This document shows positions 47,636 to 61,200 of a stretch of 64,000 bases of DNA, one piece after another (positions within the stretch are counted from its first letter, which is position 1; every line of letters starts with the position of its first letter). The notes below the pieces were generated by a model. That model was not told the origin of the DNA, ran no database searches, and saw only the letters and a program-made list of their open reading frames with translations. Source of the DNA: Haliotis rufescens (Eukaryota). The stretch covers positions 310,001 to 374,000 of the forward strand of contig NW_025963815.1 in assembly GCF_023055435.1 (NCBI RefSeq). The letters are read 5' to 3'. Made by a program: the position numbers and the translations under genes.

Positions 47636-49138
47636 CATTAAACAACAAACAAGCTAACTGCCACTACACGATCATGAGTCTATTTGATCCACAAGCAAAT
47701 ATATTGATTGATACAGTATTTTATTACGAAACATTGAGTGATATATACAGGAATCATTTTAAAACATCTCAAACAGCAATTTATACATTATATATATATC
47801 ACGTATAATTTCACAAAGGCACTGTTGGACAAGTTAGTTTTTCTAATTTTATTTTTGTTATTACAATATATTTCCATGAATAACATTTGGAAAAAAATGT
47901 ATCCGTCACTAAGTTTTTATCTGTATCATATATATCGAAAGGTTGGTTAGAGTTTGAGAGGAAGTGGACAGTGATATAAAAATAAGATACAATCTATATT
48001 GGACGGGACCAGATAACAGTATAAGATATAAAGCAACATTCTGTACAGAAAATATCACAGTTTGAGGTTATTGTATCAATAATCAATCAACCATATTTCA
48101 TAACAACAATTATAAATTATACTGATTTCAAAGTGGCATTGACTCATCTCCACGAAATTTGTGTATTTTTGCGTTTTAAGTTATTTAATGTTACCGTCGT
48201 CAATATGCGCGTACATATGCTTGTATTACCCTCAAATATCAATTGTGCGATGATGTCATTTGACTGGCATTTTTGTTGAAACTTAAGTTTGAAGTCACTC
48301 AATAATAATTTCACAAATCTAGAAGCACTATAATAATTATTCTGCCATCATAATGTTAAATGTGTAAAGAAAAGCGTCAGCATGTACAATCGATGCCTTA
48401 TTGTAAGCTATTAATAGGTTGCATGTGAACAAAATAACACATATAGTTACACAAAGAATCTAAGAATGCTTTCGTAATAACTTGCTACAAGCCAAGTATT
48501 AATACTATTGCGTATCACAAAGCTAACATGACTCTCTCACACAAATCCTACAAGAAACAGGAAGAGCAATTTCATTATTGAACCCAAACGTTTCTTTCCA
48601 AGTATTTATGCATAAAAATATAATTAGTTCTGCAAGTACATACATGTAGTATATACAAATTTAAACCTGTCTAAACGGAATCCTACGTTGTGTCATACAT
48701 TCTTTTGAAATAATAGTCAGTGAGTGAGTTGGGTTTGACGCCGCTTTGAACAGTTTTCCAGTGACATCTCAGCGTGTCAGCTTAGTGTGGGAGGATGCCT
48801 TAAATAATGCAGATCTTAGACGTGTGCCAGTTTGGTGAAACCCACGAGCACGGGTATGGTGCTGACAAACCTAAAAACATAAACGGGGCGAACCCGGAGA
48901 TTATAGGTGTCTGGCATGCCTTTGACGACTGAGCCAACAGTATCCGATTGAAAAATAACATTGTTTATGCAAAATATAGTGGATTAAGGTAAAGAGTGGA
49001 TTTCAGAATATAACAATCATCGTCGACTGGTGTAAATATTAAGTAGATGTAGGATTCAGTACTTCTTCAACATCGCTACAAGTACTCTCGGTGAGTATTA
49101 TTGCTCGCGCACTAATCACTGTCAACTTCTCGTTTCTG

Positions 49139-49289
49139 TTAGTAGATGTTTCTCTTGAGCCCGTCGCCTGAACCGGGACGTTTGTCGCTAGGGGAGTCTA
49201 CTAGTCGATTTGGTGACTCGTTACTCATGTGAACTCTGGACTGGGACCTAGAGTTCCTTCTGGAGGTGGCGTTCATTCTTGAGTTGGCC
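49139..49289 (-). CDS. Gene B terminal exon: Ser/Arg-rich cytoplasmic tail ending KRNIY*
   Basis: ttacag|G acceptor, phase 2 compatible, TAA at 49139-49141. Confidence 0.78.
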
Positions 49290-52200
49290 CTGTAATAAGA
49301 AAGAGAGATATCTTCAACCAATCCATGTACCGGAAGATAGGAGTCTTTCACAACCAACGACTTAGCGACATGGCTGGTAACAAATGAAACAAGTTCTAAC
49401 TTTAATAAGCAGACAGATTAAACATGTATCATCTAGATTGATGCAATGGCCACGATATCAGTTGCATGTACATCACCGGAAGAAAAACTCTCTTTTTGCT
49501 GGAGTGAGTGAGTTAGGTTTTACGCCACTTTGAACAGTAATCCAGTTATATCACGGCGTGCCAGTTTCAATTGGGGAGAAAGCCAGAAGCGATGTTGGTC
49601 TCAGACGTTTACCACTATCCTGAACCCCACGAGCACGGGTCAGCATAACAAACAAAGAATTCGAATTCTCGATCATAGGTTTTTGGCTTGCCATTTGGCG
49701 AATTGCGGCGCCTTAGACGACTGGGCAACCCGTATCCCCTCTTTTGCTGGAAAGATGTGTGGAATGAACGCTAATTCCAAACTTATCAAGAGACGAATGA
49801 TTTCCTTTTCAGTGATATTTAATATACAGCTGATCCAACTTATAACATTGTTTTGTGTCACCTGTCTCTTTAATATATACTACTTTACTCGTTCACGCCT
49901 ATTTACACAGGTATCTACGTTGTACTTCGCATAAGGAAAAACAACAAATGGAAGGGACAATTGAGAAAAAGATTCGCTCAAAAACTTAACATTGTCGTCT
50001 AAAAGAAGAGATTTTACTAAAGCAACCAAATAGATCTTTATGGATCAAGTTCAAAGCTTACCTGGAAATGTCTAGGACTTTGTTCCGTGTGCACCTGTAA
50101 ACTATGAAGACGATGAGAAGGATGATGACGATCATGAGGACGATGATGCCGAGGACGATGCCGACAATCATACCTGTGTTGTGGTCGTCGTTGTAGGCTG
50201 TGAAGACATCACAATGCAAATAAATGTGTCATAGACAACCGATGAGGTGAAGAATATCCCACGTTAAACTCTGAGCTCGATAATTGTAACAACAAAAATC
50301 AAGATAATCAAGTCTGTGATGCCAGAAGACAGTCAAGTCTGTTATGACAGAAGACCATCAAGTCTGTGATGTAAGAAAACAATCAAGTCTGTGATGTAAG
50401 AAGACAGTCAAGTATGTGATGCCTGAAGACAATCAAGTCTGGGATGTAAGAAGACAATCAAGTATGAGATGCCAGAAGACAGTCAAGTATGTGATGTAAG
50501 AAAACAATCAAGTATGTGATGCCAGAAGACAATCAAGTATGTGATGCCAGAAGACAATCAAGTCTGTGATGGAATAAGACAATCAAGTATGTGATGCCAG
50601 AAGACAATCAAGTATGTGATGCCAGAAGACAATCAAGTATGTGATGCCAGAAGACAGTCAAGTATGTGATGCCGGTAGGCAATCAAGTATGTGATGTAAG
50701 AAAACAATCAAGTCTGTGATGTAAGAAATAATCAAGTATGTGATGTAAGAAGACAATCAAGTATGTGATGTAAGAAAACAATCAAGTCTGTGATGTAAGA
50801 AAACAATCAAGTATGTGATGTAAGAAGACAATCAAGACTGTGATGTAAGAAAACAATCAAGTATGTGATGTAAGAAAACAATCAAGTATGTGATGCCAGA
50901 AGACAATCAAGTCTGTGATGTAAGAAAACAATCGAGTCTGTGATGTAAGAAAACAATCAAATCTGTGATGTAAGAAGACAGTCAAGTATGTATGTAAGAA
51001 GACAGTCAACTCTGTGATGCCAGAAAACAATCAAGTCTGGGATGTAAGAAAACAATCAAGTCTGTAATGTAAGAAGACAGTCAAGTATTTGATGCCAGAA
51101 GACAATCAAGTCTGTGATGGAATAAGACAGTCGAGTATGAGATGTAAGAAGACAGTAAAGTATGTGATGCCAGAAGACAATCAAGTCTGTGATGCCAGAA
51201 GACAGTCAAGTATTTGATGCTAGAAGACAGTCAAGTATGTGATGCCAGAAGACAATCGAGTTTGTGATGTAAGAAGACAATAAAGTATGCAATTCAAGAA
51301 GTCAGTCAAGTTTCTGATACAAGCAGATAATCAATTATGTGATGTCAGAAAACATTCAATTGTGCGATGTATGAAGACAATCAAGTCTGTGATAGAAGAG
51401 GACAATCAAATCTGTGATAGAAAAGGACAATCAAGTCTGGGATGGAATAAGACAATCAAGTATGTGATGCCAGAAGACAATCAAGTATGTGATGCCAGAA
51501 GACAGTCAAGTATGTATGTAAGAAGACAGTCAACTCTGTGATGCCAGAAAACAATCAAGTCTGGGATGTAAGAAAACAATCAAGTCTGTGATGTAAGAAG
51601 ACAGTCAAGTATTTGATGCCAGAAGACAATCAAGTCTGTGATGGAATAAGACAGTCAAGTATGAGATATAAGAAGACAGTCAAGTATGTGATGCCAGAAG
51701 ACAATCAAGTCTGTGATGCCAGAAGACAGTCAAGTATGTGATGCCAGAAGACAATCGAGTTTGTGATGTAAGAAGACAATAAAGTATGCAATTAAAGAAG
51801 TCAGTCAAGTTTCTGATACAAGCAGATAATCAATTATGTGATGTCAGAAAACAATCAATTGTGCGATGTATGAAGACAATTAAGTCTGTGATAGAAGAGG
51901 ACAATCAAATCTGTGATAGAAAAGGACAATCAAGTCTGGGATTCAAGAAGATAATAAAGTCTGTGACGCAAAAATATCTTTACTACAAAGTGGGATACAC
52001 AGAAGTGATTAACCTGTGTAGGTAATTACATAAAAACATATTTTCGAATCGATCAATGCTTCAGTGTATACTGAGCTATGTTCCAGTCTGACTGTATAGG
52101 TCAATACTTCAGTGTGTACTGATCTATGTACCGTTCTACGTGTGTAGGTCATTGCTTCAGTGTCTACTGATTTATGTACCGGTCTACGTGTGTAGGTCCT

Positions 52201-55200
52201 TGCTTCAGTGTATACTGATTTATGTACCGGCCTACGTGTGTAGGTCATTGCTTCAGTGTATACTGATTTATGTACCGGTCTACGTGTGTAGGTCATTGCT
52301 TCAGTGTCTACTGATTTATGTACCGGTCTACGTGTGTAGGTCATTGCTTCAGTGTCTACTGATTTATGTACCGGTCTACGTGTGTAGGTCATTGCTTCAG
52401 TGTCTACTGATTTATGTACCGGTCTACGTGTGTAGGTCATTGCTTCAGTGTATACTGATTTATGAACCGGACTACGTGTGCAGGTCATTGCTTCAGTGTA
52501 TACTGATTTATGTACCGGTCTACGTGTGTAGGTCATTGCTTCAGTGTATACTGATTTATGTACCGGTCTAAGTGTGTAGGTCATTGCTTCAGTGTATACT
52601 GATTTATGTTCCGGCCTTCGTGTGTAGGTCATTGCTTCAGTGTATAGTGATTTATGTACCGGTCAACATGTGTAGGTCATTGCTTCAGTGTATACTGATT
52701 TATGTACCGGTCAACATGTGTAGGTCATTGCTTCAGTGTATACTGATTTATGTACCGGTCTACGTGTGTAGGTCATTGCTTCAGTGTCTACTGATTTATG
52801 TACCGGTCTACGTGTGTAGGTCATTGCTTCAGTGTATACTGATATTTGTACCGGTATACGTGTGTAGGTCATTGCTTTAGTGTATACTGATTTATGTACC
52901 GGTCATACGCCACGACTTACCTTGATTTGCATGTATAACGGTGTACGTGGTGAAATGAGATGCTCTGCACTCCACGTTTGTGCCGGTCTGGACTGCCGTT
53001 GTCACGCCCTCCGTTGACCAGGTGCTTGTGGCGGCGTCCCAGAACACACATAGCGCCACCTGGCCCTGGTTAGCCTGGTCGCTGTTCAGTTTCATCGAGA
53101 TGGACGCCGGCGTCTCAAGCCCTGCCACTTGCTTCTGTCCATCTGGAAGTACAGAGGTGAGGTTTTATGCCGCATTAGCACTGTTGAGCCACATAGTCAC
53201 GAGAAAGTGATATCGAAATGATCAGCAAATGATACATGATTTATTACATACGTCAGTGTGAAATATTGAGTTTTCTGAAATAGAGAAAAGGGATATTTTC
53301 ATTTTAGTGAACATAACACTTTATATTTTACTGCAATGAACATAACACTTGATATTTCACTGCAGTAAACAAGACAATTTGACGGAACTATTGTCATACC
53401 AGAGTTACCTTCACGCAAATGTCTTCCTTTATCATACGTGTCTGGCCCGTACTGTTCACTTCCTTCTTATGTTAGTTCCACATTGACAAGGCCAAATAAT
53501 GACAGATGGTCATTTATGAAGTTTATGTTTCGTTATAGACTGTAATTGTTTCATGAAACTCGTCAATCGAGACTGTTCTTCACGCAAAGAGCCATTTTTG
53601 TTACTTGACCAGCATGTATTCTTTCGCTTTCAACAGCGTTCTCGTGGACTTCAAGAATATTTTGTTGAAGTTTGTTTTTTATATAATCATATCTAAATGT
53701 ATGATAAAGACCCTAATTATTTCTTGTTATATTTGCTAATTTTAAGATTTTGCAAACACGGAACTACATTTCAAGTCGCAAATACAGGAGCTAGACTAAG
53801 TTAAACGTCCCTGTGTGTTAGGTAGGCAGAATTTACGTTTCAACGTTTTACTTTTGGAATGAAATTATTTAATTTTTCCGGTAGACAACTACACAAAAAG
53901 TATAATATAAATAGGATATTCCACGTGTCTCGTGAAAAATCATCTTTCTCTCATCTTGTAACGAGGTAGTAGTACGAGCGTCTACGCCACTCGTGAAAAA
54001 TATCCTTTCCCCTTTCCCTCCTTTCCTCAATTTAGTGAGTGACCGAGTGAACAGTGATTAGTCTTATCGCTGTCAGTTGTCTAAGAGTGGGAGGGTACGC
54101 TGGTACGTCACACGATGGCAGGCATGGTGCTGACAGACCAAGGATCCTAATTAAATCTGGGAGTCGAACGTGTGATCGACCTGCAGGACTAAGGGACGCA
54201 ACTCTGCACATGGACCTGTGGCGCCAACTACTACTACTACTGCCACTACTACTTTCACTACAACTACCACTGCTACGAATTCTACTCCTACTACTATTGC
54301 AGCTGCTACTAGAACTACTACTACTACTGCTAATGATAATACTACTGCTGCTGAACGGGATCTGATGGTCAGGCTCGCTGATTTGGTTGATGCATGTCAT
54401 CGATCTCAATGCCGTGGATCGATGCTCATGATGTTAATTATTGGATTGTCTGGTCCAGACTAGATTATTAACAGACTGCCGTCATATAGCTTGACTATTT
54501 CTGAGTGCGGTGTTAAACAACAAAGAAACAAACAAAACAAACTACTGCTGCTACTACTACCACAACTTCTACTAAAACCACTACTACTACTACTGCTACT
54601 AAAACTTCTACCACTGCTGCTGCTACTACCTCTACTACTTTTTCCCATCGAAAAAAGCCCGATGTCATGTTTTTAATCAAGGTGCCGAAGTGCTGTGATG
54701 CACCTCGCGAGGTTAAGACCCGTTTTATTACTATATAGATCTCGATTATCGATCAGATCGTCATGACTCGTCGCCGCCATTCTGTGTGATGCAAATGGAA
54801 TCTGATTGGTCAATAGGAGGTAAATAGAAAGGGACATAAATCGTTATAGTCACCGGTTGCGCTACGGTCGAGCCACGAATGCCAACCAAAGTTGGATCGC
54901 CGTCATATAGCTGGAATATATCTGAGAGCGGCATTAAAGAAATAAATAAGCGGCTATTGCTTCCTCTGCTGGTATTGCTACGGCTGCACCTATTTATACT
55001 AATGCTGCTGCTGCTGCTGCTGCTGTTGCTGCTACTCACTTGTGGCCGGGTCTAAGAAGGAGACTTCAATGATTGGCGCCATAGTAGAAGACGTATCGGT
55101 GATGGCTGCAGGTTTGGTCTTGAAGGTTGTCACCTTAATGACCACGTTCTTGTAGCCAAGCCTGCAAACAAACACGTCATATCAATGTCCAAGCTGATTT

Positions 55201-58200
55201 ACTAAACTGATCTGACTGAAAGACGTATCTGACTGGAAAACATGACGTGGAATTATCATCAGGGCACGTCCTCAAACCCCGCTGGCACCACATGTTTTCG
55301 ACAAAATTTAAAATCATTCCCTTGTCAAAATAAAAAAAATAGTTCCGTCTGTTTCAAGTGTAAATTAATTGAAATATTGGTGCAAGATAATGTATATTTG
55401 ACGAATACCCTGAAAGAAATGGGGCGTTTAAACAATAGAATGGCGTCACAAATATGTTTTAATATCAAGACTGGGTATTTAGCTTGGCATACGGAAGAGA
55501 AGGATTTTGCTGTCAGTCCATATACTAACAAAACGCCCACGCGGGTGGTTTCGAATGTACGTTTCTCTGTTAAAACCCTTGAATAAGACATGTTGATACC
55601 TGACACCTAATCCGACTTTACCATTACGTATCCGAATTATTTGTTGAGCAGGTCAAAAGGCAAAACTAACCAACGGCCACATGAGTTACTGGACACACCA
55701 CGCACTTGCTGAATATCAGTACTATTTCATCATGATAAACGGGCAAACCGTCCAGTAATTACTAAAATGACTTTTTCAAAATGACTGCCGAGGTGGGCAA
55801 ATTTAAAGATGGATCCAAACCATGTAATTTGTTGGCTTTTTTTCAGTATAACAATTACTTACAATATATGACACGTCATATGATACATCCTGAGTGCCAA
55901 ATGTGATAGTTTCAATATGGCTGCCACGACGGCCATATTTAAAATTTGAATAAAATTGTAGAAAACTCTTTGGAGACCTTTGCAAGGTTTCAGAGAAAAC
56001 GGACGGATGACGTGTCATGACTGGAAATAACTCTCACTTACTTCGATCTGACACTTTCACCGAATTTTATCTTCAAATCGTTGTTGCTTCCATCTTTGAC
56101 CGTCAAGTCATCGCCGGGTATATCATTGACCACGCTCACACGAGATGCAGTCAGGTTATAAGTAGCAGAGTTTCCGTATTCAACCCCAGTGGACTCGGCA
56201 TCATCAACTTTGGCCTCTAAGGCCGCAATCACATCACTAGAAGCACCAGCAGTCTTAGCATTGGCGAGCCAGGTGTTCACGCCCTCAAGGTATCGTTCCG
56301 GGACTTTGACGTTATTGTTGATGAAGTAGTCGATGGTGTTCATTATATGAGAAGCGAGAGTAGCAATTTCCTCACTCGTGAAAGCCTGGGGTGGGATTGC
56401 CGTCAAGGCGTCGAGGAAAGTGCTTGCGGAAGCATCGTTCATGGTCCTCTTGGCAGCTATGTCATTGACCAGGGGAATAAGCAGAGATGGGAGGGTGCTC
56501 TCGCCTGTTTTTCCGTACAACGTCACAAGAAGAACTGCGGCTTCCATGGACCGGCCTACAAAGGCGGAAAAATTAAACAAGTCAAGCATTGAATAAAGTG
56601 AAGGGGAATGGCTGCTTGCAACGGCAAAACTATAAACAAGTATTAAAAAAAGTTTGTATGTTTGTTTGTTGTTTAACGCCACACAGCTGTATGACGGCGA
56701 TCTGTAAATAATCGAATATGTACCAGACAATCCATTGGTTGACATCATGAGCATCGATACATGTAATTGGGATCGGTGACCTGCATCAACTAAGTCAGTG
56801 AGCCTGACCACCCGATCCCGTTAGTCGCTTCTAACGACAAGCGTACTCGCCTTTTATGACAAGCATGGGTTGTTGAAGACATATTCTTCCCCGGATCTTC
56901 AAGGGTCAGTGTAAATTATTACATAAATGGAATTATTCGGGACCAGTATTTTTCGCTATCCTCGATTATCCAATGTATTATGTTTCCATGCTATTATGAT
57001 AAATACTCTGGGGTGAGTGAGTTGGGTTTAGCGATGCTTCGAACAGTATTCAAGTTATATCACGGCGTATCGGCTGTTTTTTGGAGGAAATGATGCATGT
57101 CTTGTAAGTTTACCACTTTGATGAAACCCACGGGTATGGTGCGAACAAACCTAGAAACATTATCTGGGCGAACCGGACTCAAACTCATCATTATTAGGTT
57201 TCAGACGTGCCCAAGGGACGCAACTCTGCACAGAGAGTTGCGGTCACCCTTGCATCCTAAATACCATGGAAATTTGGGAGCATTGGTTTGAGCCTTTTTG
57301 AGCCTCGGATTTCCATGACTCTTAAAACAGCCATCCAATCAAAGAGGGCGCTAAGTTAGAGACAAAAGCGATAGAGGTGGTGAAATCTACGGCGGCGAAT
57401 GTGTCTCGCATGCTTAGATATCTTGTCATATAAAATATTATTTCATAAGCTGTCAACATGATATTACATTAGCATGTTTGAGAACTATTTATCAAAACGA
57501 TATTTCACTTATAAAATAAATCACACGTAAAGAACGGCATTGTGTGAAACTCTCTACCGAGATATAGTTACTTTACTTATACGAATAAATATAATCGTAT
57601 TTTTATCTTATTGGTGGAAAATTGATAGAAACAATTATTAATATAAATAGATATAATAGTATTGTTTTCTTATTGGTGCAACACTGACAGATACAAGTAT
57701 TTATACGAATAGATAAAATCGTATTTTTGTCTAATTGGTGAAAGACTGACATATACAATTGTTTATACGAATAGATAAAATCGTATTTTTGTGCAACACT
57801 GACAGATACAATTATTATTAAGGAAAAACGCATAGATCTATTCTCTCCTTCTACACACCATGTTTTTAACCAGCTTCCTCTACATATCTGCTGAATATCC
57901 ATCGTGCACCAGATAGAACAACAGTCTTTCGCTGTCCCCAAATTTAAGTAGGAAAAATATTTGTTTTTCGAAATGTCATCATCCTGTTCACCCTGTGAAT
58001 AAAAACTGAAGTCGTCCTACACATCCCTGTCATGGAATCCCTGGTGTTTCTAGGTGTTTTTTTCTGGCTGACCATCAGGTCACAATTCCTTACTTTGATT
58101 ATTGAGAAGATCGATCTCTTTCTTTATTGCCGTGACCAGCGTGTCCGTACTCCCGGGGTCGTTCACAGTTGGGACCACGCAGCTCAATGTCCTGCACAGG

Positions 58201-61200
58201 CCGTTCTCGCCTCCCACACACACCTGGACATCAATCAATTATATATGGCTACTGACTGACCGAAACTCTTCAGCAAACTTCATCATCCGTAGTCTGCCAC
58301 TCTACACTTTTGCTAGCGGGTGCGCTCTTCAGCCCGTGTAATATTATCTCCCTTGACAGCACTTCTGCTCTTCAGACGTATACAGGTTAAACGAGCTGTA
58401 TTACAATACAGTAAACTACGTTTATAACGAACTGACGGATATAACGAACTTTTTTTGTCCCGGACATTTGCTGTATATATGTTGTAAATATGCCTTTAAC
58501 AAAATACGGTTATAACAAACTAAAATCAGTGGTCCCTTTGAGGTCGTTGTAGCCGTAGTTTACTGTACATATGTATTTCGTCCAATAGAAAAGTCGTATC
58601 GTGTAAACTTCACATTGAAACCACATGATTCTGTTAAAACTAACTGTCATTGGAAAAGTCCTTTGAAGTTTCATATGTTGGAGGTTGCCTATCAGTAGAC
58701 ACAAGCATATAAACACAAACAATGTGTCTAGTTGTGTATGTATTGAATTAAGACAAACATACACGGGTGGGTGAGTATGGTTTTACGCCGCTTTTTATCA
58801 CGGGAAGGGTCACCAGATATGGGTTTCACACATTGTACCCATATGGGAAATGGAAACCGGGTCTTCGGCGTGATGAGCGAACGCTTTATCCACTAGGCTA
58901 CCCGACCGCCACTTATATGCAGAAACACATGATATATAAGATGTGAATAATTTTCTGTTTGCGAATAGCAACACGATATTATTCAGCAAACTAATATAAA
59001 ACAACGGATCTTTTACAAATCACAATGATGACACCAGGTGCTTGTGAATCTAACACGCCTGAACTGTCCTACGAATCGTCCTCACCGCGAGTTAAAGTCA
59101 AGGTTACTGTACAAGAAGCTGTACATCAAGTTCTCGTCATCACCACGAGTCAAGGCCAAGGTCACTGTACAAGAAGATGTACATCAAGTTCTCGTCATCA
59201 CCACGAGTCAAGGTCAAGGTCACTGTACAAGAAGCTGTACATCAAGTTCTCGTCATCACCACGAGTCAAGGTCAAGGTCACTGTACAAGAAGCTGTACAA
59301 CATGTTCTAGTCCTCACTACGAGTCAAGGCCAAGGCCACTGTACAGGCAGCTGACGAACATGAACCAGGCCGCAAAGATGCAGATATAGTAACTGTTGTA
59401 TTTTTTTCAATTAGTTGAAATTGTGAAATGTAACCACGAATTCCTCACCTCAACATGGAAGGTGTTTCCAGCAGAGCTGTAGGAGCGAGGCCCGACAACC
59501 CGGAAGTCCCCAGTGCTCTGCCTCTGAGACAAAGCCCTGAATTGTCCAGGAGAGGTCTGGACTAGGAGCATGTAAGTCATCCCTCCCGGACCGTCCACCT
59601 TCCTAGTCGTGATTGATATCTGCAACAATAAATCGATTTCTATGAACAGTGAAACCAAACCAATCGTGAGCATGCTGTCTCTGCAACAATAAATCGATTT
59701 CTAACCAAACCAATCGTGAGCATGCTGTCTCTCATGTGACCTTTCGAGACCATAACCTTTAACTACCACGCAGTGATATAACTGTAATACTGTTCCATAT
59801 AACTCACTAAACAGTATCTGACATACCAACTGATTACACACATCAAACTATTTCCGTAATATTTAACGGAACTGAAAATTGTATAGTTATCGGGTTGAAC
59901 TGACAGGTGACCCCTACGTCAAAATATAAGACTATATGAATACATCACCGAAAATCAGTGATGGCACCAGGTGCCTGCGACAAGGGCAAGACGTCCTACC
60001 ATACCGGTGGCACCTGCTTCCCACACAACTTGCATAAACATTAAGTGTTTGTTTGTTACACAGCAGTACTCTTGCCATACGATGACGGCCTGTGAACACA
60101 GGAGTGGGTGAGTGATTTGGATTTAACGCCGCTTTTAACAGTATTCCAGTTCACACGGCGTGTCAGCTTAATGAGGGAGGAAAGCCCAAAGTGATGCACG
60201 TTCCAGACGTTTACCCCATCGGTGAAACCCAAGAGCGCGGGTATGGTGCTGACAAACCTAGAAACATAATCGGGGCAAACAGGGATTCGAACCTATAATC
60301 ACAGGTTTCTGGCACCCCCCAGGACGCAACTCTGCATAGCAAAGTGCGGCGCCTTAGACGACATGACCACCCGTGCCCTCAAACAACAAAACGAGGAGAT
60401 GCCAACCTACCTTGTTCAGCTCGGTGTAAGACGAAGGACATGCCAGTACCCCTCCAGACAATCCCTTCTTCACGCTCACAGTAATCGTTGTCTTGGTTTG
60501 ACCGCCATTAACATCCGTAATGGTAGCCTGTAGATTGTACATATTGCCGCCTTCGACAATGCCTGGAAATACATAACTGAACTGGAGAACCACCCTACAC
60601 AAGGCTCCTCAGAACCAGGTGATGAACCGTTATCAACCACCCCTGTCTGCCATTTGTTATTCTGACGGTGGGGGCTGGGGGTAGGGGGTTCTGGGATTTT
60701 ATCGAAAAATACATTGTCCACGAAAATTCTTGAAAAGAAATATTGCTGCAGACTTTGGAAAAAAACAGTTGCCTGCCACAAAAATGACAATATGGCAAGG
60801 TGACTTTCTTTGATAAAATTCAGGCTCAAAGGTTTAAAGAAGAAAATATCTGGTTTTGTAGCTGTAACTGAAAAAATAGATATCTAATCACAAAACAAAA
60901 ATCCCAGCTCCCCTTCCACCCCCAGCCCTCAACTCAAACCCCCTTCCCCCAAGAATAATGATCAGTCCAAAGCTATCCCGGCAAAGTCGGCCTCATTAAC
61001 ACAGGTAGATGTATAAAAACCATCCTCTGCATAATTCCAATTTACGTTAATAAAAAGGTACAATTATCAAATCCACGTATGGACCCTCTAAATTTAAAAC
61101 ACTGTGTGTTTCCCTCAACATTTAATTTGTATATTATATGGTGGGTACTGTATGTATTATGTCCTTACTGAGATTCATCGATTATTCATATACTATATGA

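Noticed and set aside
40654-49138. Further TM/PLAT exons that would make either gene a full polycystin-1 or adhesion GPCR
   Set aside because: In-frame stops follow both tails, and I found no exon-like hydrophobic or PLAT-like segments in the spacer.
52009-52880. Long repetitive ORFs (MTYTRRPVHKSV..., CRSLLQCILIYVPVYV...)
   Set aside because: Artefact of a 48-bp unit (a multiple of 3) inside an intron; no phase-compatible splice sites seen. The same applies to ORFs at 8064, 25561-26186, 26550, 59025 and 61486.
54032-55039. Poly-Ser, poly-Thr and poly-Leu ORFs suggesting mucin or signal peptides
   Set aside because: They are translations of CTA/CTG microsatellites and SINE fragments.
56556-56811. 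N-terminal part of the 257-aa ORF as coding
   Set aside because: It runs through a SINE-A copy and intron sequence; the exon begins at the acceptor at 56555.
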